From positions 5,220,588-5,284,587 of the forward strand of contig NW_003526943.1 in the NCBI RefSeq assembly GCF_000181795.1: a DNA stretch of 64,000 nucleotides, in the 5' to 3' direction. This document shows positions 49,142 to 61,720 of the stretch, one piece after another. The DNA is from Trichinella spiralis. Lineage: Eukaryota. The notes under the pieces were generated by a model that saw only the letters and a program-made list of their open reading frames with translations, made no database searches and was not told where the DNA came from. Position 1 is the first letter of the stretch. The number at the start of each line of letters is the position of its first letter. The position numbers were made by a program, and so were the translations under genes.

Positions 49142-50375
49142 TGGTGCCATGAGCCAGGAAGTGAAAGGAAGAGAAAAGCTATTCTGGATTAAGTGATTTG
49201 AGATGACTAAGAAAGTCGAATTAGAGAATATGGGAAGATGCCGTTTCATTTGAAAGACCTACAGTTCTCCTGATAAACCAAATCACATAGAATTGTTCAA
49301 AGAATGTGCAAGTTGTGAAATTTCAATCATACTATATCAGAAGCAGATGGTAGTAAAAAATTAAGAGAAAATGCTACGAGCATTGTTAAACAGGAATCAA
49401 TTATTTAGAACAAGAAGAACAGGTATGATTCTCATTTCTTTTATCAGGCATATGGTGTATGGTTAGCAATTGCAAACAATGAAAAAGAAACAAAAGAGTT
49501 TGTTGTTTCAAAACCTAAAGTAGCATCAAAAGACGCAAGTGATGCGTGCAATTTAAGAATGTCACGATAATAATTGCCAAAATTTGACTGCAACAAAACA
49601 ATTCAATGCATTTTGGGATGTTTCAGTCTATTAGTGAACAGACAAGTAGACGAGAATGTGTATTTATCATCTAATCATACTGGAAGAGCTCTGAAGGTAA
49701 TTAGTGAGTTCTCAGTAAATGCAGCTAATTATTCAGAGCCCTGCAAACTTTACAAGAAAGACTTGATCAAATAGATATAAAAGAATGTTATATTAATGTT
49801 ATAAAATGTTACAATATTGCAGAAGTAAGGAAATGCCTAAAGTCATTCCCTTCTGAATTAAGGGATTTGTATAACAAAATAATGCTACGTTTATGAGCAT
49901 TAAAATAAGTCAGTAAAGGTCCAATGTAATCAGTTAACGTGCCAGAAACTCTTTTGACCTCTTTTAAAAGAACGATTTCATCACATATAAATCAAATATA
50001 AGAGAATTTTAATAAATTAAAAAGCGCTTGTCTCGAAGATTTCTTAGAATTTGATATAAAAGAAAATTTAATGTTCACAGAAAGATTGATTGCAGCCGTT
50101 AAAAAAGACAAAAATAGATTTGGAAATGAAAATGGACTACAGCTACAGCTGCGTTACAGATTGCCATAGAATCTCAAATGAAATGTGATTTATGCCACAG
50201 GACACATGGCATTAGCAACTGTCAGGAATTTTTTCCTGTGAATATCAAAGAAAGATTAAATGCAACTAAACGACTTGGTTTTTACTATCATTGCCTTAGT
50301 GTAAATTGTCTTATAGCCATTAAGAAAAGTAAAATTCAAAATGTTATGCAGAAATTATTTCAAAAATATATCTAA
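49142..50375 (+). mobile_element. Decayed BEL/Pao LTR retrotransposon gag fragment
   Basis: PBS-like TGGTGCCATGAGCCAGGA at 49142 (tRNA-His type). DUF1759-like LPKFD...VYLSSNHTGRALKVISEFSVNAANYSEPCKL at 49574-49750. Pao gag knuckle CDLCHRTHGISNCQEF...ERLNATKRLGFYYHCL at 50184-50297. Many stops and frameshifts. Confidence 0.8.
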
Positions 50376-50559
50376 GAAAAGAAACACAAAATAAATAAAA
50401 ATGAGAAATTCAGTCAAAAGAGGTTTGGTTGAACACAGAATTCTACACAGAAAAGGCCTTAAAATATTCATAATAGAAGATCACATATTGCATAATCAGT
50501 AGGCATGATTGAGTTTTTGTTGGATCAACCTGATATCAAGGGATTTCACTATATCCAAT

Positions 50560-50850
50560 AATTTATTAGAAACATGACCATCATGGCAGAATAAGATTCT
50601 TGATATACTGATGTCTTCATCAGTTTCATATTAAATTACAAGCAGGCATAACTAAAATGCCTTTACAGTTAAAATTAGAAGGTAGAGATGCAAGCAGATT
50701 GAAAATTTTAAAGACAGCTAGAAGTGACTATTTTACTTCAACAGAATCACATTTGAATTAACTAGCTCACCAATCATAGTGATGGAAATGTTACCACATG
50801 ATGCAGAACTGAATCAATTGAAGTTAGTTTGGAAATATAGCCGTAAACGT
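50560..50850 (+). pseudogene. Possible remnant of an IS630/Tc1-like DDE transposase C-terminus
   Basis: Frame reading VMEMLPHDAELNQLKLVWKY loosely resembles the motif LPPYHxELNPIELVW; highly eroded. Confidence 0.3.
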
Positions 50851-51865
50851 ATGAAGAAAAATGCATGACATCATTTTTTGTTGCGAATATAAGTCATATG
50901 CGGGAGAACAGATCTAAGAACACAGAGAAATTGAACTTGCATGTTATTAAGTGTACTGTAGCTAAACGGCAAATGAGATAAATGTAGAATAGGACAGCTT
51001 GTTTTTTGTTGTTTAACATCATATGATCAGTTGCTCATTGGATATACATAGGTAAGATCAAGTGTGTGCCTATATATATTTGCATTTTATAGCGTATACT
51101 GTGTGAAACTTGCATTGTACTTGTTTGAATATTAATAGTTTCCATAACAAACATAGACTCACTAGAATCCAGAATGTAGTTCACTGCTGTATAGTAAATG
51201 AAACCAGGACGTCAAGTTAACAAAGACTGATGTAATTATAAAAAAATGTGAAAATAGCAATGAGATGGAATCAGACGTTAGCACATGGAGAGACAGCATT
51301 TGTTGCACCTACTACATAACTTAAGTCACATTTGATTTAGCGCTTAGAAAACTGATTAAAGAATGAACTTACTCACAAAAGATGAAAATTAAACACTGTT
51401 AAAGTTAACAGTAATGTTAATGTTAAAGTATTTTAAGAGTTAGGTACTATGCATCACAACTCAAAAAAAGATAGCTGCTGAAGCCATTTTAACGTTTATT
51501 TTGCTTATATAAGCGTTTACAATAATGTTTAAGTTTATGAATTCATGTTTCAGATAAACTTATGTGATAAGTAAATAATAGTTTTGTGCCTACGTTAATG
51601 TAATTACGATTTAAATTTAGTACATATTCGTTTCACGAATGCTTTGAATAAAATTTTTACATTCATACTTACTTTAGTAACTTTTTATAACATACAAACC
51701 TCAAGAAATTTTAAAATTCTTTTTATTCTGGAATAATTTAATAATAATATAAAGAATGAAATTTTTCAGCATTATTGAATATACTAGAGCAGTATATATA
51801 CCAAAACTTGATTTTATTTTACTGTATTCTAACTTGTAATGAAATATTGGTTCAACTGTTACAGA

Positions 51866-54004
51866 ATGGAACAATATTCCTCCCGGTTTTCAGCAGCATT
51901 TGACAGTATGAAAGATGCTGTTGTAACATCTCGTAATAAAAAAGCAAAGTCTACCATTGGGGAGCTGTTTGAGCAGCATCAGTTTGTGGCGTTTTACTTC
52001 TACCGGGATAGATCGACTTTGTGCCAAGCTTTCAATGATCATCTTTGTCGTTTTGTTGCCAGCGAGCAGGAAATATCAGAACGGTTGCAAAATTCTGAAT
52101 CAAATTCTGCAGAATCAACTTGTGATAAAAAGCCGGTTTTTGTGGTTGTCTGTATTTTTTCAACTGAAGACAAGACATCATTTCAGAAATTAGCTGCCAA
52201 GCTTCCATGGTTTGTTTTAGAAAGGACTGAAAGTCGTGCCAGGGTTTGTAGCTTTTCAAACAGTTTGAGTTGCACCTGTTTTTTTGTTTACATATAAGAT
52301 TTTATTGACAAATGTCAATTCTGTTTTCTATTTGGTATTTAATGTTAACTGTTATTTTTAGGAAAAGCTAATGCGAATATTTCGAGTGCGTCGTGCGCCT
52401 TGTTTTTCTTTAATTGAATGTGTGAACAAATCAGTGTGCGCAGCAGACTGTTGCAAGGATGTTCAAGAAGATCCTACAGGGACTGAATTTCCATGGTCTG
52501 CTCAAAATGTGATAAATTCTATGTAAGATTACTGTTTTTTATCTTATATAGGAGGCCAAAAAACATAACAGATGTTATGAATGGAGAGCTGCTGTGTGAA
52601 GATGGTACAAAAAAGCATTTTGATACTCTACCAAAAGGGATGAGAGGTGTCCTTTTTGCCGCACAGTGGGTATGCTTTTATTAGTTGTTTTTCTTTCATT
52701 TTAAGTACTGTACACTTTGATTGTTTTATTTGTTGAATGTTTCATTTGTTGTGATCGTAAAGTATAATTTGTAATTTATTGAAATTCAGTTTGGTAATGT
52801 TATTATATTTTTGTTAGATTATTTAATAGATAATTTTGTTACCGTTTATGTTTTTTCTAGTGTTGTATTATTAATTAATCACTTTGATTTAATTTATTCA
52901 CACAGAATAGTGTTTTTAGTGTCCTCCATGTCGAACATTTGTTTCTAAACTGAAAGAAACTTATAAGAAAATCAAATTGACGCACAGTTCTTTTGAAATT
53001 GTGTACTGCTCACATGATCGAACTGAACAAGGATTCAAAAAATTTTCTTCGCAAATGCCATGGTTGGCCATACCTTTTTATGATCCTCGTTCCTCTTTGC
53101 TTGCTAAGATGTTTCGAGTTCAAGGTAAATAAATGTTGTTTATTTTTCAGTTTAGCTGCCTTGTTTAGCCATGTTTTTATTTTTATTATTTTTAGAAATT
53201 CCTGCGCTTTTAATTTTTAATGAAGATTGGCGTTTAATCAATCGTCATGGGAAGTTTGAAGTGCAAGCTGATCCTTTGGGGAAGGTATTTATTAGTCTAT
53301 ATACATTTTTTTTCTTAAATTGCAAATTGAATTTGTTAATTGAATTGAAAATGTTTGCATTTAAATATGTTTGAAATATTTCTAGGAGTTTCCTTGGTAC
53401 CCAAGATCTGTGATTGAATTAACTGAAAAGACCAGCTTTTATTTACGTGAAGATTTGTCATTGGTTTTATTTACAGGTATTATTCATTTCAGCATTTCAG
53501 TACAGTTGGTCAAAACATCACAAATATTGCTCTTTACTTCTAAATTTGGCATAAGGATAATAATAAGATTTGAATAGAAAGTTTTAAAAAATATTTAATT
53601 GCTTTTATTTACTGTAGAAGGCACTTCAATTGATTTGACGTTTGCTCAAACTTTCTTTCTGCCAATTGCTGAAGAACATTTCAATGATCAGTATGAGCCT
53701 GAAATTGTGTTCTTTTATGCTGGAGATGTGAGTATTTTATTATTAATTATGAATTTAATTGTGATATGAAATAATGAATCAAAAAAACTTTAAGGATCCG
53801 GTTTGCGACAGAATTTTAGAAGTATTTGGTCTTAGCGACTTGCCATTGCCTTTGTTGTGCATCGTGGATCCATTTTCAGAATCGCTGTACGTTTGTGACC
53901 ATCCCAACGTATCTGGCGAAATTATCCGAATTTTTATCAATAAATTTAGGCAAGATGAATTAGTTGCAAAGCCATTCCCTAAACCTAACACTTCTAATGT
54001 TTAA
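51866..54004 (+). CDS. NXN: Nucleoredoxin-like protein (three thioredoxin-fold modules)
   Basis: Exons ~51866-52243, 52363-52494, 52552-52669, 52920-53124, 53196-53284, 53386-53476, 53618-53728 and 53795-54004. Module 1 FYFYRDRSTLCQAF has no CxxC. Module 2 has FAAQW|CPPC, SHDRTEQGF...MPWLAIPF and DPLGKEFPWYP. Module 3 is PDI-b'-like. Confidence 0.85.
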
Positions 54005-57000
54005 TCTTGTTGTTTCACTTCATTTATTTCTCTTACCCCTATATTGCTCCAGCAAATGGTTTTGGCTTCCAGTAATGAATAAAATCATTTGCAAAATAAT
54101 TACCTTTGACTATGTCAATTTTTATGTTGTTGATCGATTTAAATTTTTGTTGAAAGCTTTATTCTGTCGCTTTTTTAAAGAATGTTTCAGTTTGTTCTAG
54201 AAATAAAGGGAAACTTTAAAAGTTGTTTTATCATTTTGTTCTTTCGAATAAATCAATTGCACCTCGCATGTGAAAGTTTTCACTGAAATATTTCAAATGC
54301 AATTTTATTCTTCAATTTTTTAATAGTTATTTTTTTAAACAGATGCTGAAGGTATTCAATGCGTATAGCACAGTTTGTAATTCATTAAAAATCAAAAAAG
54401 CAGTAATGGCATTTAGAGAAAAAGTAATCATGAAAAACTGAAATATAAAAAAACTAAAAGTATCTTTTCAATTTTGAAATTTCTATATCTGTTGGAGACT
54501 GAAGGATCATTATAGAGTTTGCAGAAAAAAAGCTATTTTTTCATTTTTGACCAATACTACATGTCAGTGACAAATTTTATGCGCAAAATTTTAGTCTAAA
54601 TTTAAAATTAATGTTTCAACAAAACAAAGTTTTTTGAAATATTTAATGTATTTACTTATCATGCATTTTAAAATAGGTAGTAATAAATGAGACGTATACG
54701 GGTAACGCTTGCAATTCAAATCCTATTATTAGCTAATATTGGAGCGCTTCAAAAGTTTATCATTTATCTGTAAGATGAAAAACGTTGCAGCAGTTGATTT
54801 GTAAAAGATTAATTATTTTTGAGTATATTAAATAAAATCAGAAAATTATTTTAATAAAATTTTGGCACGAGATAACATGTTTCATGTTTATTTATTGTCT
54901 AGTTAAAGTTGAAATGCAATTAGCGATCGCTGAGGCAGAAAAAGAAAAGAAAATATTGCCTTATGCAAAGCATGGCTAAAGAATTCAGCCCAATTTTTGC
55001 GGTATCTGGTTGGCATAATATTGATAAAAATTATCGATAACACAGACAAGTTTATCAGTTTCAACAATTAATTTATTACATTTATTTTGTATATTAATTA
55101 CATGCCAAAAAATTTAATATAGCTTTAAAATTGTTTTAATTTGAAAATTATTATTATCTGCATGACATACATTTTCGAAGTCCATCTATTTGTTTATATT
55201 TCTTTATTCATCAAAAGTTATTCATGCAATTTTAAAGCATTAAGAATTTTAATTTTGACAAATTCAGTATAAGCAACGTAATTTATTTTGAAATGGTATG
55301 GCAAATTCTCAATTTTTCAAAAAATTCAAAGGCTGTTGAAAATTGTACGTGCGCTGCGTAGCAACTTTTCTGAATTCAAATAATTATTCTCCCTCTGAAA
55401 ATAATAAAAACTACTCAAACGCTTTAACTAATACCATAATTCATATTTTTCGAAAATGCTAACAATATAACGCATTGCAACAACAACGACGACAACAATA
55501 GCAAAATAATTTTTTATCAGTTTAAATGTTTGTTAAAAAATTTTTCATTATTAAAAAAAAGAAAAAATAAAATTCAAATTGCATATTATTAAAGTTAATT
55601 TTTGCTTAATTTAAAATCATGTCACCATAGAAACAGCATAATGCAAATACAAAATAAATAAAATAATTTTATAACTTGTATTATTTATTTGTTATTATTT
55701 GTTTAAAATGTTTCCCATTTATCGGCTGTAAACAGTTCATTCTCATAACTGATCATTTCATTATTTCAATGAGCGTTTTTAAAATATTTTTGTAACTGAT
55801 TTTGTAGCAAGATTTAATCTTGCATTGTACTGTCTCTGAAGCATACTGTGTTATTAATAATGATCAACTTTTGTTTAAATGTAATTGTATTATATGGTTA
55901 AGGTTGAACTATAAATGTTTTAATGTTCTCTTTTTCATATTTTATAACAGTATTTAATTTTTAATGCCAAAATTATCAGCGCACGTAGAAAATAAAGTAA
56001 AATTTGAATAGTATGACCTAATTATTGAAATCAGAGAAAATAGAGTTTTATTTAAGTAAAACTGATGTGTGACTCTTGGTGCAATAGGTTTAAATCTTGT
56101 AAACAGTTACAAATCATTTATTCCTCTTCATTGCAATTAATTTTCTGATCATACCGAATTAGTTGCATACAAATGAATTTACAGTTCTTTTCTCTGCCCT
56201 AATCTATTGTAAGCTCATGATGATTATGAACACAGAAAATATTATGCATATAGTTTATTTCAAATACGATATTTTAAATATTATTTTATCATGATTTTTA
56301 TCGTAATGATTAACATTTTAATTAATGTTAATTAACATTATGCTAAATCATATAAATGAATATGAACATCAGTTGTTGTTCGCAATAAATTTAAATATAA
56401 GCTTAGGATTTAAAATTAAATAAAATATATACCTATTAATATAATCCTTTATTTTAAGAAATATCTACGCATTTTAAATACTTATCAACAATTGATAGTA
56501 ATTGTCTTAAAATTTTATACTTGGTTGAAAATTTTCGAATAAAGTTCATTCACTCAATAATGCTTAAAAACTTGCACAATTATTTGCAGTCTCCTATAAA
56601 ATTTATTTAAAATTTTAATATAAAACTTTAAATTATTGCTCAAGAATTATTTATAAAGTAGAGAAGTATAAAGTAAAATTTATTTCTGTACTGGTGATGT
56701 ACATCACTTTATATTGTAAATATTAATATTGATAAATTTTGTAAATAAACGCCTAATAATAGCCATAAAAATATAATAATAATTACCCAGTAGCATCTAC
56801 TTTATATTATCAAAGCATTTGATAAGTTAAAAATGCAGAGGCTAAATGATATAATTATTGACAAAAATGAATAATGAGCCATAACATTAAAACGAATTCA
56901 AGTTCGTTAATCAATTTAACTATTTAAATATTTTAGAAGAAACGAAATGAGCAGGGTTTTAAAAATATTTTTCTTTTGTTTGATCTATGATATCCAATGA

Positions 57001-58833
57001 AACAGTATGACAATAAAAACTGTCACACGTTCTCTTTTGCTTCCAACAAGTACATTTGAAAATGTTTTCATATTTATCATTTGGGAAAATTTATGGGCGC
57101 CTTTTTGATTTTCAATAACACATATTGACATTATCCACTCAACATTTGTTTGCTTTACATTTTTCTATAAAAATTTATGGAAAAATATTTCTTTTAGAAA
57201 TTTATTTATTATTTTTATGCTTATGAAGTTCTAAATTATTTATTGTCTTAATTTTGCTTAAAAAAGCTGCTTTTCCAAACTTTCAACTGAGTCAGTGCTG
57301 GCAATATCAATATCAAGCATAACATAAGAAAATCAAAATGGCCTAATGAACTATTTTAAACTGCAGTTATTAAAACTGTTCATTTTAAAAATAAACTTCT
57401 CACACTCCATTAAGAAGCAACTTGTTTGTTTTGGCAAATAAATTTTCATCATACATTTTATCAACTGCTTATAAAAAATTAATCAATTGTATTATCATTT
57501 GAAATTAACAGTTACACATTAATGTATTTTTTACATATTTTTTTCAGTTTTGATTTCCAAAAATAGTTTATCTTTAGATTAGAAAAGTAAATCATATTCT
57601 GCATTATAAAATGCTTTGCACTGCATTTCTAAATGTGTGTTGTACGTGCTTTTCCACTATAATGTTATAGACGTCCCATAATTGAGAGCAAAATCATAAT
57701 GATTTCAGCAATCTTGATTGAGTTCTGTTCTTTATTCGAGAATTATGTTTATTTTATTAAAAAACAAGTTTTCTGCTTATTAAATTTACCTCGAATTATT
57801 TTTTTAAATTATTCTATTGTTATTCAATGAAAAGCATTCACATCATTTCTGCTGAATTGAATTTTAATCTTTGCAAAATGAAAAATTAAAGTTTTCTTTG
57901 CTTTAATTTTTTAAACAGTAATATAAAATATTTTAAAAAAATAATTATTTAAAAGCAGCTTGCTAAAAGAAGCAAGTAAAAATTATTTAAAAGTGAATAC
58001 TGTTTTGTATGTGCTGCATGCATAAAATGAAAAATATAAAACAATTTTAATTCTGAGGCGCATGTTGCACAGTTATTAATTTTTTGACTAGTTTGAAAAA
58101 AAGACTAAAAATAAAATTTTGCAAAAAACTAATTTCCGTTTTATTGATACTAAACATATCCATGCCATGTTATGCAATTTCATGACATTATGAACTTTAT
58201 CAATCTCTAACTTTCGCTTGTTTAAAAATTAATTTTTTTTCTATTCTACATTGAATGATAAGACTATGCAGTTTGATTATTGATGCTCATCAACATAGGT
58301 CTCTTCAACTTCCTATGTCAAAGCAACTATGTGTATTGGTTTCTGATTAATAAGCAAGTCTTGATGTTGGAAGAAGAAACACCTCTTGATTATTGTTGGG
58401 CCGTAAGCGTGGCCTGCTACCCATCTACTGCATTATGTACAGCAGGCAATGGAAAATTTGTCTTCATTAAAAAGAGGCGTGTCTTGTACTTCGACGCACT
58501 TCTCTTATTGTCTGGCCAATTAAATTGAATTAAACTCCCATGCTACATGACAAAGAACAGAATTGCATTTCCATATGCAAAGGGCTTAATTAGCTCAATA
58601 ATTGCAAAATAGTACCAAACAAACATTGAATGCATGAAAATTTTACTAAATACAACAAAATTTAAATAATACAAGTGATATATGTGCGCTGATAGATGGA
58701 TATATATGCAGTAATGAGATGCCGTTCTAGCACGAAACTTTTGGTGTCTTCAATTTAGGAGATCAGATCGCAGAGGTCTTGTAAAGCACGACATAATAAA
58801 AAAAAATTAAAAAAGCAGTCATATGCATGCAGT

Positions 58834-60956
58834 TCAATACACATTAAAGCATAAGTTGGATGGATGATGGTAGCCAGCAGGTGCAGGCATTTGCTGGAGA
58901 ACTGTTTGACTGGTACCATTTTGATGGATATAGTCGTAGGGATGCATTTGTACCGGTGGCTTAATGCCAACCAAGCTTCCTGCATCTTGACCAATTGCAG
59001 CTTGTTGAAAGACCTTATTATCCAAATTAGTCAAAGTAAAAGCAGCTTGGTTAGCTGAATTCCATCCTCCTTGAAGACTGTTTACAGAAGATGGGCTGGC
59101 AGTCGCAGCCGGGGAGGAATCGCTTTGTCTTTGCGTGGTCGGAGCCATAGTGACCACAGGGCTGACGCACATATGCCCCGTTTGGCCATGGTGGCTAACG
59201 CTGGTCACTGGAGACATATTATGGCGACCGTTTACGTGACCTAATCCGCTTCCTCCTTGAGTTGACGACTCAGGAATCATTTCAGCTGTCTCATGCGACA
59301 TCACCGTCGAATCTTGCTTAACTGGCGTGAGAGGCTGTGACTTCATCATTTTCTTATATTTTGATCGGCGATTTTGAAACCATATTTTTACCTAGAATAT
59401 TGAACAAAATAATTATTGACTTATTGTTTAAAAGTTTAATCAATCAACTGAAGTGAGAATGAAAACAGTTGAAATTGTATCTAGTTTTAATAGGTACACA
59501 ATGATGAAAAGTGCCGACGTTTTTGGGAAAAATTTTCAACAACTCTTAACAGAGAAAACAGAAAGCAAAACGAATGGGATGTTGCTTCAGGCGAAGCAAC
59601 TTCATTCGCGTCCGTTGATGGTGATCTGGTGACAGGCGTCCGTCGACTGATTGAAGTATCCAACGACGGCTAGTGACATTATGTCAGTAAAAAATGAAAA
59701 CCAGCGAGAAAAATTTGGACAACCGGCAGCCACTCGGAACAACTTTGAACACTTTCCATTTCTAGATTGCATATGATGACAATTAGCAGCCCAAGCGGAA
59801 CACGCCCGCATCCAGCTAGCTGAGCAGGTTTTATTTTTGTATCACAGGTGGACCCCTTGCCCTACACTACTACTTCCCACCTAGCTAAAAATGACGTAAT
59901 TTAGGCCGCTCCCAAAGTTGTAAAGGAACTTAATAAAATTATTATTTTCAGCAGATTGAGCGTAATTATGGCAAAAAATTCTAAAATAAATGTATGCTGT
60001 TCGTGAAAGTTTTATAAACTCAACTGTTTCTTCAAGTTGACAGATAATCTCTTTGTTCTATATGATGACCCAGACATATGTGGATTATGCAAACAGTCAG
60101 CATGACAAAAGAATTGTTGGTCAATGACCCCCAGTGTAATTTTCAGATTAATATCACTTCTGTAAGGATTAAATAAGCTTTTGCAAATAATATTATGTAA
60201 TTAAACAGCAGCAATATGCTGACATTAATTGTAATACACGAATAACGTTCGAAATATTTGTGTAACCTTTTTTGCTCACACAAAACTGAAATAGCATTTC
60301 AAAGAAACAAAAAGTCAGATTTTTACCTGAGTTTGAGTGAGTCCAAGAGACGCAGCTAGTTCAGCTCGTTCAGGTAGCGCCAAATACTGCGTTCTTTGAA
60401 ATCGCTTATTCAAAGCTTGCAATTGTAAACTTGAATAAATTGTACGTGGTTTTCGCATCTTTTTCCCTTTTCCATTCAAGCGTACTTCACCACCTTCAAT
60501 AATTTTTGTGTTTTCTAGAAATAAAATTATTTTATTTATTAATTGCAAATTTCAGCAATAAGCAATAAAAATTCATAATTTACCTTCAACTGGTGGAGAT
60601 GACGCGTTAGGATAACTTAGAAAAGCACCAGGTCCGTTAGCTCGACCGTAGGAGTCTACCGGAGCGGCATTAAACGAAGATACAGGCTGATACAATCCAT
60701 AATTTGATGCTAAGGATCGGGGTCCGTATCCATCAGTTTGTGGAACTGCCGGCGTCATTGTTGGAGGATTGAACGTGCCACGCATTGTATTATAACAACT
60801 CGAAGCATAGATATTGTTTCCTGGATGAACATTTAAGTCAAGAAACGAAGAATGTAGTTTTGCTTCGCTTTCACCTGGCATTCCACAATTCACTATATCC
60901 ATGTCTCCGTAAGTGACCAATTCACCGTTATGGATGCCCACCTTTGGAAAATCCAT
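58834..60956 (-). CDS. Dll: Distal-less/Dlx homeobox transcription factor (ceh-43 orthologue)
   Basis: Exons 60956-60584, 60514-60327 and 59391-58834. [67 protein letters not shown] is a diagnostic Dlx homeodomain; N-terminal SSFLDL motif. Confidence 0.97.
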
Positions 60957-61073
60957 TTGGTTGCTTCAATATGTTTGCACGCTGAGTGTTATCCAAGTAT
61001 AAGGTATAATCCTATAAAATAAAACTTATGGTAAATTTAAGCTGCAGCAAATATCTAAATAGCCTAGACGACG

Positions 61074-61720
61074 TTTATATATAAGCATATTGCAGAAAAA
61101 ATGGAAAGCAACCGCAGCATGAGTAAGCTGCTAAAGGACAAATGAAAAGCTTACGTGAGAAATGGAAGTGAATAATGAGAGAAGCAAACTTCCCGCCTAC
61201 TGACAAATAGAAACTGACCAATCAGATTTTAGTAATCGACGTCAGCGGGCTGAGCATTCAGCAAATCAAAACTGACTAGTCGCTGCGTCGTTTGTCAGAC
61301 CAACGACGACCTCGGCCTATTTTGCCTCATGCTGACGGACACGTTCTTGTCACAATATACAGAATTGTGGCGTGATGTGTCAGCACCGCAGGGGGGATTT
61401 AGCTGACCGTTGGTCCAGAAGCAAGCCGGCCACCAGACCGACGCCACTATAGCCTTTTTTGTACTGCTACACACAGGAGAACAATGACAATAGAAATGAA
61501 TACCTACTAAGCCCGCACTGGATTTGGCATAATGGAAATCAAGCTCACCCCTCAGAACTGACCAGAATAACTAACTGAGGGCACGTTGAAACTCCCGCCC
61601 AGCGGCTGCTCTGTTCCACGGTCAGCTACAGAAATGCCCATTGTACACATCGGCGTCAATGGAAAAGACACATGACACTCAATGGCGCCAGTTTTCTGCT
61701 CATTCAACTTCAAAAGCCGT
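61074..61720 (-). promoter_or_regulatory. Putative Dll promoter/proximal regulatory region
   Basis: TATATAAA on the minus strand at 61074-61081, ~120 bp upstream of the ATG; CCAATCAG near 61219; CRE-like GACGTCA near 61238; GC-rich non-coding island in AT-rich surroundings. Confidence 0.5.

Noticed and set aside
61287..61309. Hairpin CGTCGTT...AACGACG upstream of Dll
   Set aside because: A 7-bp stem is too short to support an ncRNA or miRNA call
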